Source of the DNA: Camelus ferus
Lineage: Eukaryota
Assembly: GCF_009834535.1 (NCBI RefSeq)
Contig: NC_045696.1
Coordinates: 1,426,001 to 1,490,000 of the forward strand
Direction: 5' to 3'
DNA: 64,000 bases
The notes beneath the pieces were generated by a model. It did no database searches. It was given only the letters and a program-made list of their open reading frames with translations, and was not told where the DNA came from. The translations under genes and the position numbers were made by a program. Position 1 is the stretch's first letter. Every line of letters starts with the position of its first letter. This document shows, in pieces, positions 26,129-38,300 of this stretch.

Positions 26129-26134
26129 TTTATT
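26129..26134 (-). terminator. Distal polyadenylation signal AATAAA (minus strand)
   Basis: Three upstream TGTA motifs (26151-54, 26173-76, 26188-91), an upstream U-tract and a downstream G/U-rich element (ggtgggttttattct), all in an AT-rich island. Confidence 0.65.
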
Positions 26135-28729
26135 AAGAAAAGATTTAAATTACATACTGTAGTCTTGACACCTACAGTGGAACACTTTACATACTGTAAA
26201 AAAAAAATAAACGTTTAAGAAGCAACCCGTAAAAATCAAGTCAAGTGAGGGTGGCTGTGTGTCCGCCGGCGGCAGAGGGAGGAGGTGTCCCGGGCGACTC
26301 AGCACAGTGAAGTGACTCCACCGACCAGAGAAAGCAGGACACCTGTGCCCCAGAGGCAGGATCCCTGAAGGGAAAGCTGGCGGGGAGGCAGCGGGAATCC
26401 CCTGTGTCAAGTCTTCAAGCTTCTCCCAGGAAGAGTCGGGGGTCTGGGCCAAAGGGTCCCGCCCAGAGCCACTGCCTCCAGCCTGGCCTCCAGGTGTGAG
26501 TTCCTCTGGCATGGAGCTGACACCCGCCTCGCTCAGACTGGCCACCATCCCCCTGCCTCCCCTGGTGGGCCCCAGCAGGCCTGGACTGGGCTTCCAGGAC
26601 AGTTGTGCCTGCCCCACCAGAGGGGTCCCTTCATCTGGTGGGGGTGGCTCAGGACGGCCATCGATGAGGCCAGAAGCAGTAGTCAGAATGAGACGGAGCT
26701 GGAGGAGGGCCCTGCTGGGTGACAAGGACGAGGGCGAGGGGCACGTCAGCCTGGGGGGGTGGGGGTGCAGTCAGACCCCGGGGCACCTGCAGGAGAGGAG
26801 AGAAGCCTGGCCGGCTCCTTCCGCAGGAGGCCTGCAGCCGAGGGCCGACCTGTGCCCAATTCTCTAATTAAACATCGTTATGTAATTAGGATCTGCTCCC
26901 CCACCTGGCAGAGACGCAGAGGCGGGAGTAATTACCGCTGGGCTAGAAACCAGACACCAAAGGCAGGCAAGGGCACGGCGGAGGGGGCTGCTGTCAGGGG
27001 ACCAGTTCCTCTTAGGGCACCCCAGACCCCGTGCTGCCCTGAACTGAGGGTGGAGGTCTAGTGTGTAAGTGGGGGTCACAGGGTGGCCAGCAGCTCTGTG
27101 TTCCCAAGGACGCAGCAGGAAGTGCGCCCGACACCCCCCAGGCCGGCTGGGGGAGCGCCCCGTCTCCGGGCCTCAGTGTCCCTCTGCAGAGGGTCCCAGC
27201 CAGGGGCCCCGGGGCCTCTTCAGGCGGCGGGGGCCGCGGGGACCGGAGGGACGGGCTGCAGGCCCAGCAGCCTCTGCGGCACCGGGGGAGACATTGGGGT
27301 TCAGAAACAGAAGTGACCACGTGTTCTCCCGGGGACCTCGAGGGAGACTCCAGAAGCACAAGCCGGCGTCAGGAGCATACCTGTAATCTTCACTGTAGCC
27401 TACACTGTCTGAACATCTTTAGAAGAAAAACAGTCTTCGGCTTTAAAATAAGGGACTTCCCATGCAGACCCATGGCCCCAGGTCCAGGAGCAGGGGACCA
27501 GCTACCCCAGGATCGTGACATCAGAGAAGGGCCTGGAAGCCATGGCTGTGTGGCCTCCGCCCACCAGCTGCTCTCCTGGACCCAGGAGGACCCTGAGAAC
27601 CCGCTGGAGGCGTGGAGGGGCTGGGCCCCAACATCTCGGCATGATGACCTCAGCCAGGCTGCGGCACCGGCATTATCACTGCACGAGGAACATTCCAGAA
27701 GCAACACATCTGGAGTTTGTACAAACCTGGCTTCGAGCGGCACTGGATGCCAACAGGAGCAGCTGCCCAGGCCCGCCTGGCCCTGGGAGTCGCGTCCCCA
27801 TCCCCGCCCCAGACAAACCTGGTGATACCCAATGCCTGGAGCACAAACACGGTCAGACCCGCTGAGGCTTCAGGACCTGGGTCGGGTACCAGGAAGACGG
27901 TGTGGGAGCCCCATGCAGGACCGTCTGGACAAAGCCAGGAGCAGACGGGCAGGGTCACCTGTGCAGCAATCCAGATACCTGCGGCCTGCCCCTCAGCACC
28001 GGGCCCTCCCTCCCTCACCGCGCAGAACCCCGCCTGCAGCTCACGCAGAGGGGAAGGAGGGGTCTGCCGGGCCCCAGAGCAGCCCCCTCCCCTGCACACC
28101 GTGTGCAGACCCGAGGCCAGCCCTGCCGGGCCCTGGGCTCCATCGTCTGGGCCCGCCTAGGACCCGTTGTTTCCTGCCTCTCATTCATTCGGTCAGTCAC
28201 GCAGTCAGCAACACCTGGGTGCGAAGTTCAGCTTCCTCCCCCAGGAGAGAGAAAGAGGAACGTAAAGGCAGCTGGGAGGGAGGCAGAGGCAGGCGGGCAG
28301 GCACGGGGGCCCCTGCCCTCAGTCCTCAGACCGATCCGATGGCCCTCTCCCTGGGCACCAGGGACCCCCACCGGGCCCCACAGGTGCTAAGGACTCCGGG
28401 TGGTGCGGAGCCCCTCACGCTCCCCTCTAACCTACTGCTCCCTCAGCTGGATGACACCACTGCCCAGGCCGACCCTCCCTCTCCCTGTGACCCCCTTAGA
28501 GGGCTCGTCCCCCAGCCCCCACTCCCCTGCCCCCCTCCTCACCCCCCAGCCTGGGCCTGTGGGCCTCGTGCCCCAGTGACGGACCCCCGGAGCGCCTGGG
28601 GGTGGGGGGGCACCCGCCCAGACAGAGCCAGCCCCTCAGAGGCCTGCACCACACGCCCTGCAGAGCAGGACAGCAAACTAAATGTTTAAAATGCACAGAA
28701 AACACCAAGCTGTTTCACTGTCACTTAAA

Positions 28730-28735
28730 TTTATT
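28730..28735 (-). terminator. SLX9 polyadenylation signal AATAAA
   Basis: Canonical hexamer ~760 nt after the stop codon; TGTA at 28758-61 and 28780-83 upstream; GU/U-rich ttggtgttttctgtg downstream. Confidence 0.7.
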
Positions 28736-29491
28736 ACCAAGTAATCCAAGTTCATTCTACAAAGATTAAAAAACAGATATACAAACGCGGAGGTCCCTCC
28801 ACTCAGACAGGGCAGCCTGCGCGGGGCGAGCCAGAAGCTCTCGGCAAAGCTCTCCAACCTGCACTCCTGCTCTCAGCCCCGGCCCGCGCCTGTCTGGGCG
28901 GCAGGGCTCTTCTGGGGGGCGGTCCCCACACATCTGTGGCTTCTCCAGCCACACTCCGGGGCGGGGTCCGAGGTTCACCAGCAGGGACAGCAGAGCCGGC
29001 TCACACCTCACGTCCCCGTCCTCCGCTCTGGCATGGCCGCCACGCGGCCACAGGGAAGGTCCTGGGGTGCGGGGGGAAGTCAGGGGCCCTGACAGAGGGC
29101 GTCACCAGGAGGTGGTCCAGCCACGCCCTGGAGTCCCTGGAGAACCAGGAAGCCAGGATTCTCTCTTAAAATAATATATAATAAATGTGCGGTTGCTGTT
29201 GACAAACTCAGACAAAACAGGGAAGCGTGAAGGAGGCAGGCCACGGGGCCGCACCGCCGCCTGGGCGGCCCGCTTCCAGCCCCACACACATCCTGCCGTT
29301 TTCCCAGCGCTTGTTTCATTGCAAAACAGGCTGTCACAATGCTGCCGTGTAAACCGCTCCCCTCCCCCACTCACGGGGCCCAGCTGCGCCGAGGACCACA
29401 GCCACCGTCATGAGGGGCCTGGTGGTGCAGGGCGGGCGGTGCAATCGGCCCTCTGTGCGTCCTCGGAGCTCACGCACACCCCAGGGCCGGG

Positions 29492-29612
29492 TCAGGGCTG
29501 GCTGCCGTCCAGCTGCATCTGCTGGGCCAGCTGCCGCCCAATGGCCAGCAGGGGGCTGGCTCTGTAGGCCGGACTGGCCAGCAGCTCCTGAAACCGCGTC
29601 CTTTCTTCCTCT
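29492..29612 (-). CDS. SLX9: SLX9 coding exon 6 (last): (L)EEERTRFQELLASPAYRASPLLAIGRQLAQQMQLDGSQP*
   Basis: Acceptor ccattctttcag, phase 2; conserved FQELLASPAYRASP motif; TGA at 29494-29492. Confidence 0.96.
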
Positions 29613-30775
29613 CTGAAAGAATGGAGATCAGAGGTCAGCAAACCCATGCTCCTCAGAGGGGGCCGGGAAGAGCATTCAGCACCCCCGGGACCGGCCCCCG
29701 CTTGGCCACGCTGCAGGGACCCCAGCAAAGGGCTGGTCCTGGGCCAGGGCAAGGTTGGGGGTGAGGAAGGCAGTGGGGCTGTGAAATTCTGCCAGGAGAG
29801 TCTCGGGTGGGGGCAGGCCAAGGTGGGGTCTGAGGGCTTCAGGCTTCAGGGCTTTGGGCTGGAGGGGACTGGCTGCCCTGCAGGCTCATCACAGTCACAC
29901 AGGCCCCATCCCGTCCCTGAACAGACACGGAGCTGCCATGAACGGCAGCAGCCGGCAGGCGCCTGCACACACGAGACCTTACATAAGACATGCCTCCCTC
30001 CAGTGCAGCCAGAACAGATGCGGCCACGACAGGAGCAGGAACCAGGGGCGTGAGCCCGGCACCACGCGACCAGCCCTGCTCCCCAGGGCGCTGCGGTGAT
30101 GAGCGACAGGCGGGCTTCGGTGGGCCCCTCTCCTGCAGGAGGTCCCACGCCCCCAGAGTCCATGGCAGTGCCAACACTCTGGGCCCATCCCGACCCCAGC
30201 CGGCCCCCACCTGGAGCAGGCGTGGTCACGCCACCTTTCAGAAGTGCTGGGGCCAGTTCACGTCCAGTAGACCCCATGGCCCAGCATGGCCACAGGTGGC
30301 CTCGCCAGGGGCCCCTGGGGAACACCACCTCTGCCACTGAAACTCAGACGACCTGGTCAGAAACCCACGCGGGCCTGTCGTGGTGGGGACAGCCCTGGCC
30401 GGGGCTGGCGAGGTGGGGTGGGGGGCTGGGCCTGGGCTCTGTCCGTGCAGGTGTGTGACCAAGGACAAGGCCAAATCACACTGGGCTCCAGCGTTCTTGG
30501 CTGTAATGGGGAGGTTTTGGACCCCACTTGATGACAGACTGCCCAAGCCACGTGTCTACATCCCCAAGATGCCCAGGACAGCAGGGTCCCCGAGTGCCCA
30601 TACCAGCCCCCAGCAAAGACCTGGGCCCCCGACAGCCAGGAGCAGCTGCTCCCCTCACCATAACCACAAGGCTGTGCCCAGAGCCGGCCCCGCGTGGACT
30701 GGGGCTGGGGAAGCGGCCAGAGGCCTGACCATCCGGGGCAGGGATGTGCGGGGGCGGGGGCAGCACCATACTCAC

Positions 30776-30844
30776 AGGAGCTGCAGCCTCTGTGCCGCGT
30801 TCATCCGGCTCAACTCGGCTGGCCGAGGCCTGCTGGCAGCCCCA
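30776..30844 (-). CDS. SLX9: SLX9 coding exon 5: (R)GAASRPRPAELSRMNAAQRLQL
   Basis: Acceptor ctctctgtccacag; donor CT|gtgagt; 69 nt, phase 2-2. Confidence 0.94.
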
Positions 30845-31274
30845 CTGTGGACAGAGAGGTGAGTTGGCACAGCACGGCTTCACCTGGAACCTCCCGCCAG
30901 CGCGCTAGACTCGGGGCCACGGGGCCACACCAGGCCCTCTACCCCGTGAGTGACTCTGGGAGCGTGTGCGGACGCGTGGAGACACGGGCGCCCCGTGGCA
31001 GGAAAGGGACCCAGCTGGGGCGGCGGAAAGCATCTGGGTCCTGCGACGACACCTAAATTTAGTCTCCAGACCAAGAGCCCTCATCTCTTATTCATGCTTC
31101 TCTGTGAATTATGAATGAAAGACGTGCCCTGCCCTCCAGCCCCACCCTGGCTGCTCTGGGGTGCCAGTGCCCATCCCATCCTGCTCCAGGCCCCCAGTAC
31201 GGGACCCCCTCCAGGCTCAGCCTTGGGCCAGGACACTGCGGCCCTGCTCCTCCCACCGCTGACCCTTCTCCCTG

Positions 31275-31291
31275 TGGCCACCAGGGGGCAG
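31275..31291 (+). promoter_or_regulatory. Candidate CTCF site
   Basis: TGGCCACCAGGGGGCAG matches the CTCF core consensus TGGCCACCAGGGGGC(G/A). Confidence 0.55.
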
Positions 31292-33099
31292 GTACCCCAC
31301 CGACCACCCAGAGTTCTGAGGAGCCCCACCCTAGCTGAGTTGGTGGGCTCAGGACTCCCTCCTTCCAGCCAGCACCCCCAGGAGGCAGCCGTGTGTTGCG
31401 AGGCCTGGGTCCAGCACAGCCTTCCAGCGGGAGGAGCGGGAACCTTGGATCCCCACCCCCGTGAAAGGCCCCCAGGACCCCTTCCTGCTCCAACAGGGGA
31501 GTCCACCGCCCCCCGGTGCGAGCACACCCAGGGGTCTCCTTGGGGCCAAGGGGCAGGTGGGGCACAGTGGGAGGCAAGGAAGGGCAGGACCCTCACCCAA
31601 GCCTCAGGGCACGTCCAGGGCCTGGTAGGCAGCTCAGAGGGAGGCACAACTACCCCCTCCAGAGGAATCTTCCAGGAGTTAACTGGCGCTGTGGACAAAG
31701 ACAGGTGGGGTGATTCCCCAAGGCCACCAGGGGAACAGAACTGACCCCCCAGCACCCAAACCAGCAGCCCGGGGGTGGGGGCTTGCACCCCTGACGTCCT
31801 GCCCCAGTCCTGCCACCAGCTCTGAAGTACCCTCCCAGGGGGCCCCAGCTCATTCACAGCGTCCAGGCCTGGCTCTGGCCATGGGGCCGATAGGGTGGAC
31901 AGCGGATAGAGACCTGCCTGAAGGACTGATGTGCACACAGCCACTGCCAAGTGCCCACACTGGTCCTCGGGCTGCAAGAGGGCCCCAGCCCCACCAGTAC
32001 CAGGGCGGCAGCTCCAGATGCTGGCTGACCCGGGAGGAACCCCGAAGCCTTAATTTCCCCAAATGTAAAACAGGCCAGTGCTTTCCTGCCAGGCTTCTGT
32101 CAGCCACACCGAGCGCCCAGGTGTGCCCAGCTCTGGGGGTCTCCTGCCACCTCGCCTGGCCCCCCCCCCGGTGTGACTGGGCCCATATGGCTCACCCACC
32201 CCTAGGGGGACGGGGGGCCCCGAAACCAAGCAGCACCGGTGGGCAAACCCTGCTGCCGTTAAGACCTGCGCTCCCCGTGTCAGGCTCTCTGCCCTCAGCC
32301 GCTACCTTCAGCCAGAGGAGCAACTTCCCAGAGAAGCTGATCTCTTGCTGGTAAGCATGGCCCTGGGCAGCGGCTCTGGTCCCGGGAGCGCCGTGCGGTT
32401 CTCAGGCCGGCCTCAGCGCTGCGCGGCACCCACCTGGTGGAGCCTGGGGACACCCCGGGCCCACCTGCGGCCTGAGGCTCTCACCCGCCACCCTGCAAGG
32501 CCACCCACAGACGGGGATGGACTGGGGGAGGCCCAGGGCCTCGGTCAGGGTGTCCCAGATGGTGACAGGGGGCCCAGGCCTTGCCCTCAGGATCTGGGTG
32601 CCACCACACATCCTGCCCAACTCTGACTTTTAGTACAAGCCTGGGGGGCAGTGGTAACAGAAACACCTGCCAGCTGTGACCTGCTGCTTTCCAGGGCACC
32701 CCCGGCATGAGCTCCAGGGAATCCTGGCCTGTGAGGGAAGGCAGCAAACCTGCAGGGCCTGGGCCTGTGCTAGGAGCTGAAAGACGAGAGCGATGACAGG
32801 GACCCCAACTCTGTGAAATGGGGCTCCCATCCATCTCAAAAGGGCACAAGAATCAAGTGAAGGGGCCAAAGATAAAGTTTGCCAGCCATGCCCACCTGTC
32901 CACAAGGGACTGAGCTGGGTGGGCGTCCCCTTCCAGCACAGTCCCTCACCTTGCTGCAGGCTGGTACTGGGCAAGACCACCGTCCAGCCTCCATGGGGAG
33001 GGAAAGCTGGAAGCTCCACGTCTGGAACTCTCCTGCAGTCCCCACCCCTGGTCTCCTCTCTTGGCCAACTTCAGCCTGTCTCCTCTCCCCGTAACAGAC

Positions 33100-34280
33100 G
33101 ACAGCCGTGCGCAAACCGGCTTGTGAGAATCACCAAAGCTAGTAGCAGCCTGGGGGCCCCAACCTGCAGCCGGCGGTAGACACGAGGGTGGTCCCCAACT
33201 GCGCAAGAACACATCGGGTCAAGAGACACACACGTATGTCCCTGCTGTCAGCTGAGAGGGCCCAGAAACGACTCCCCAGTGGCAGTCACCACGCCAACAC
33301 CCAGGTCCTGGTTTCTGACACCAAGTCCAGTGGAAAGACCCAGCTTCCCGGAGAGACGCCACTTCGGGGACAGGAGCGAGAAATGCCCAAAACGAGCCTG
33401 GAGCGCACGGTGCCGAGAGGCAGGCTGTGCTCAGCAACAAACCACACAGCCCCGCGGGGGAGTCAGAGGGACCGGGGCCGCCTGAGAGCTCCCAGTGGCC
33501 AGAGCTGGAGCCGGTGCAGCAGCAAAATTCAGCTGGATTGGATCACGGCCCAGAGCAGAAAATAAACACCCGTGGGTCCGACCTGACATAAGTAAACGAC
33601 TGGTGAGCACACCGGGAGACGAGGGAATCTACTCCCAGGAGAATCCACGTCGGTCCGACCGCTGCTCCGTCCTCAGGGAGGGGGGCGGATCCCCTCCTCG
33701 GGTGCCGGTGTGCACAGCGACCCCCTTCCGGGGGACAGTGGGGGGGCAGCCATGTGGCGGAGAGACCCCACAGACACCCCTGTGCCGGGTGACCAAGGTC
33801 AGCGGCCGCGGTGAAGGTCGTGGGGAAGGTCGTGCTGACGGCTGCCCTGGACGGGCCGTGATGAGAAGGGCCCTCTCCTCTGCGGTCCTCACGGAGGGGC
33901 GTCCTGGAAAATGCCTGACTGACCCCTCACAACTGTCAAGGTCGTTGAAAACAAGAAAGTCGGAGGAACCGTCACAGCCCAGAGAAGACCCAAGGGGACA
34001 TGATGACCTGGTGTCACGTGGGATCCTGGGTGAGGTCCCGGAACAGGAAAGGACACCAAGTAAAAACGGAGGAGATCTGGATAAACTATGAGCTTAAATT
34101 AAGCATTACTTTAAGCTTATTACTTATGAATCAACACTGTTCCGAGCGTGACGAACGCCCCACACTGGAGTAAGAGGCTGCTGACGGGAGGCTGCGGGCC
34201 GCGGCGCTTGGGGCTCCTGGTGTCACCTCTGCCGCTTCTCTGCAGCGACAACGGCTCCAAAACAACGTTTCCTTAAGCAA
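33100..34280 (+). mobile_element. Old L1 (L1MC/MD-like) 3' end, GC-shifted
   Basis: aactgtcaaggtcgttgaaaacaagaaagtcggaggaaccgtcacagcccagagaagacc...gggatcctgggtgaggtcccggaacaggaaaggaca resembles L1MC 3' ends. Left boundary uncertain. Confidence 0.7.
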
Positions 34281-34423
34281 ACAGCTCCCCAGCGCCAAGA
34301 CACACGCGGGGGGGGGGGGGGGCGTGGTGACCCTGGCCGATGGGCTGGGAGGCCCCCGTCGCACGCCCCTCCTCGGCCGCCAGCCGCGGTATTTACGCGG
34401 CCCTCTCCCCTCTGGGGGCCCGA

Positions 34424-34480
34424 GCACATTTTTCAGATGAGAAAACTCGAAGCCGGGGAGGAGTACTTGACCGGGTCACA
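34424..34480 (-). mobile_element. MIR SINE core fragment
   Basis: cacatttttcagatgagaaaactcgaagc...acttgaccgggtcaca. Confidence 0.55.
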
Positions 34481-35169
34481 TTTTTGTTCAAGAAGCAGGA
34501 ATGGAATGTGCATCTCAGGCTCCGGTTCTGTGGCCAAATCTCAGCTCTGGTGGCCACTCCTCGTCTGGACCCAACATTCCGGGCGCTTCCATCCCGGCAG
34601 CCCCCGGCCTGGGGCCCAGCCCCTGGCTCTGCAGCAAGCGGCCCTGAGCATGGCACCCACCACCCCACCTACAGCCGTGAAAGGGGGCCGGGGGCCCAGA
34701 CCCCTTCTCATCAGAGGGGAATTCAGCTGGAGAAAGAATTATTTCAAAAAGGCAAAGTTAGAGACGATGCAGGAATGATGAGGGACGGAAAGGCCTCAAC
34801 TCCCCATTTGCTCTAGAGCCGCGGCTGCGGTCACACCTGTACCGGTGCCTCCCCCCGAGGCCGGCGGCCTTGTCCTGCCCAGGAAACGGCAGCCTGGGAG
34901 CAGCAGGGGGCGGCTCTCCTGGAGCTCCCAGATCCACGGGAGGCAGGACAGGCCCGGGAGGAAGTCTGGCTCCAGGAGGGAGGCAGCGGAGGCAGGCCAC
35001 GCGCCAGGGGTGGGGGGCGGGCAGGGACAGCCGGGCACAGCACCCTGCTGAGCAGCTCCGGCCTGAGACCCCAGCCCCTGCCCCGCGGCTGGACCCGGGG
35101 CAAGGGTATCTGAGTTGAGACGGGCCTCCGCGCATCAGCACCCACCAGGCAGCTGGACGTGACACTCAC

Positions 35170-35320
35170 CGTCTGGCAGGGAGACGCCGGCCGCCGGCCT
35201 CCAGCTCCAGCAGCTCAGGGAGGGCGTCCCTCAGGGGCTGCAGGTCCCCCACCACCACTGTGGCCTGCCGCCTCCGCTCCGCCTTGCGCTTCTGCTCCGC
35301 CAGCTTGATGGCTTCGATTT
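35170..35320 (-). CDS. SLX9: SLX9 coding exon 4: (K)IEAIKLAEQKRKAERRRQATVVVGDLQPLRDALPELLELEAGGRRLPAR
   Basis: Acceptor ttgtcccctccgcag; donor CG|gtgagt; contains the conserved VVGDLxPLxDALP motif; 151 nt, phase 1-2. Confidence 0.97.
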
Positions 35321-38300
35321 CTGCGGAGGGGACAAGGGGTCAGCAAGAGATGATGACCAGAGGACAAGCACCCCCCACCACCTTCACTGGCAGGTGGGAT
35401 ACCAGCGGTAAGGGTCCTGACCCCCAGCCCACCAGAGCCCGAGCTCGGCCCTGGAAACCTGGGGGTGGTGGCTCTGAGCTATTTTCTCCCCCTAATCACA
35501 GAGGCACACTGTCTAATCACAGGGTTGACAAGGAGACTGGGTGACAGGCACTGAGGATCTTTTCCAGAGAAGGGACGATAGCGTGTGGCCTGGACTCGGG
35601 AGTGGGGGCTCGGGGGCCACACAGTCAGAGCAGTTGGCACCTTCCTCTCTGCTCCCAGTGCCTCCTGGGGACACACCAGGAGGGAGAAAGTGGTTCCCAC
35701 GGGAGCAGTCCGCAAGGCGGGAGGGTCCCGAACACCGAGACGGAGAGTGTCCGAGCCCAAAAGGAGAGGGAAGGCGTGCCACTGGGTCTCGAGACATCTG
35801 TGCACAGGGGGCGGGCCCGTGGGGACGGGGCACCGGGACAGCCCGCAGGAGGGGGGGGCGGGCCCAGGGCTCCAGTGTGCGGTGGGGAGGGCAGGGCAGG
35901 GAGGAACTGCGGCCCCTCCGTGGAGAAGGGGACAGTGACCCGGGATTTGGCCTTCATTTTAAATACATTTACTTCAAAATTGCTCAAAAAACAGGTAGTC
36001 AACACATTGTTTCCACCTTGTGGCTCGTGGAAAACACCAGCTCACAGGTCTGTGTGCAGATCTTGCCCCAGGGAGACCACCTGACTGTGGCAGCTGATTA
36101 GTTAATTGACCTGCATTAGATCCCCTTCATTTAAAAAAGAAAAAAACAGCCCTGCTACGAAGAGACCTGCAGACGCGGCTGCGGCGGGCCTGGCCTGGCC
36201 AGTCAGACCAGAGCCTGTGCGAGGCTTACTGGGCTACAGATAGCTGGGCTGCAGACTCTGAGTCACGCCCAGAAAGGGAACTACAAGCACCTTCCTGACA
36301 AACGGCTGGCAGAGGCCGGCAGAGGCCGGGAGATGCCGCCAGAGCAGCGCGGCGGGCCCTCCCCTCCGCCTCCCCTCCCCCTCCCAAGGGGCCGAGTCCA
36401 CCGCCTGAACTTCTGGCGTCGGGGCCGCCCGGCGGCCCCTCAGGCAGGGACAGCAGGGGATGGTAGGCACCCAGGAGGAAGAGATGACACCAGGCACAGG
36501 GCAGGCCCGGAGGACGGGGACCTGAACTGGGACCCCTGAGTGAGGACAGACTCAGGAGAGCCCACCGATTAACAAAGAACGTGTGTGTGCTCAGCACCGC
36601 CCCCCGGAGCCCAGGATGTGTACGTGAAAAGGGTGCGTGGTGACCCTAACAGGCATGTGCAAAACAGTAGTAATAATCACGTGTGGAAACTGAAACCACC
36701 TGGGGGGCCCAGCAGGCTTCGGGAAGGCCGGCCGGAGCAGCTCCTCTCCAGCTCGCAGTCCTGGACAGCGCTGCCCCCACCTTCTGAAAGGCCCACTCAG
36801 ACCAGCCAAGACAGGGACACCCTGCCCAGCCAGCCCAGACTGGGAGAGCCCAGGGGCCTGTGCAGCGAGGGCCGTTTGCCTTGCCCCAAAGAGCCGAGCT
36901 CTGGGGACAAAGACTGCCTGCCCCTCGGGGCCTCACGCGCTGGGCCCCAAGCCCCCCCTCAGGCCAGGCTGTTAGGGTTTACAAGGTGACAATCAGCACT
37001 TCCCCTCCTGCCAGGATAAACAACTCACTCAGCACCTCATCATGCCGGGCGCCTCTCCCAGAGAGCCCAGGCCCCCAGGTGGGCCGAGACGGCCAGGGCT
37101 AGGGCTCAGGTGGGGACGGAACCGGGTGGCTCCCTCCCCGGCTGACAGACCCAGCACCAAAGCCGCACGGGACCACGGAGAGCAAAGCAGAGGCCCGGCC
37201 CCCAGAAGGACAGGTGAAGTGCCTACAGAAGGGTCGGCCCATGAAAGGCGGAGCGCTTTAGGTGAACGACAGGCGCCCACCAAGGGTGTATCCAAGGCAC
37301 GCGAGGACAGCACAACAGAGATGCGTGCCGGCACCACTGCGGTGGCCACTTTGAAGGGAAAAGCCAGAGTGACCACAAGAAGTGCCAAAAGAACCTGCTG
37401 GAACCCACTATCCACACAGGACAAAACACAACAGAGCCAAGAACAGAGGGAACCTACCAGAAACACGGCGCCCTGTGTGCCTCCGACACACGCAGCGACG
37501 GTGCAGGGAGAGACGGGGCTGAGCCGTGCGTACACAGGAGTGAGAAGAGGGTGCTGGGAGCTCAGCCTCACCCAACCAGCCAGGGGCTGCTCCTGAGCAG
37601 AAGGCCGGCACCGAGCCTGGCAATAACTGGGGCCACTAGCTTGCTCTGTGCTCCTCGAGCAAGCCTGTAACGTACTGCTCACGTGCCATCAAAGCGCACC
37701 TGTCCTCAGACTCGGGTGCCCCTTCGCCCCAGCCTGGAAGGCGGCGCCCACCGCGGTGAGAGCAGCCAACTGAAAGGGGTGCCAGCTCCGTGCCCAGTGC
37801 TCTGCACCGGCAGCTCTTAGCCGGAGAGGGCAGCCTGGCCGCGTCCCCTGACCCGGGCCCCGCCTGCCCACGTCCCCTCTTCCGGCCGAGCCCACAGAGC
37901 CCGCCCTGCCCTTTCTGGCCAGAGGCAGCTGTGTCCTCCAGGCCGGTAGCTATCGGGCCCCTCCCCCCGTCGCTGGCCTGTCGCAGCTCTGCACCTAGAC
38001 CGTGAAGGTGACCTCTCTCCAGGTGAGCCCCCCTCCATCCCCAAGAGTGGACTGCGATGGCCCACCTGCTCCTGAGCCGACGGGCACAAAAAGGCCCTCC
38101 CCGCAACCTGCGCTGCAGAGCAACAAGCTGGCAGCTGGCAGTCAGGCCGACATGCCTTCATCCTAGGAGTTTTCATTCAAAACCAGCCCGAGGTGTGGCC
38201 ACGAAAGCACTCCTGTGCAAACTGGGCCTCCGAAAACAACTTCGCTGCCTGTGGACGCTGATGCGGGGAGTCTTTTTGGGCTGAAACTCGCGTTTCCATG

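Noticed and set aside
29492..29821. 109-aa ORF as a stand-alone gene (likewise 41343-41897, 53089-53397, 57196-57684)
   Set aside because: Only the splice-bounded parts match SLX9; the remainder is intron read-through
12791..32354. Many 200-300 aa ORFs (e.g. 12791-13618, 18385-19278, 27061-27825, 27832-28689, 31081-31977)
   Set aside because: Composition dominated by GC-rich codons (P, G, A, R, S), several with non-ATG starts, no motifs, and overlapping ORFs in several frames
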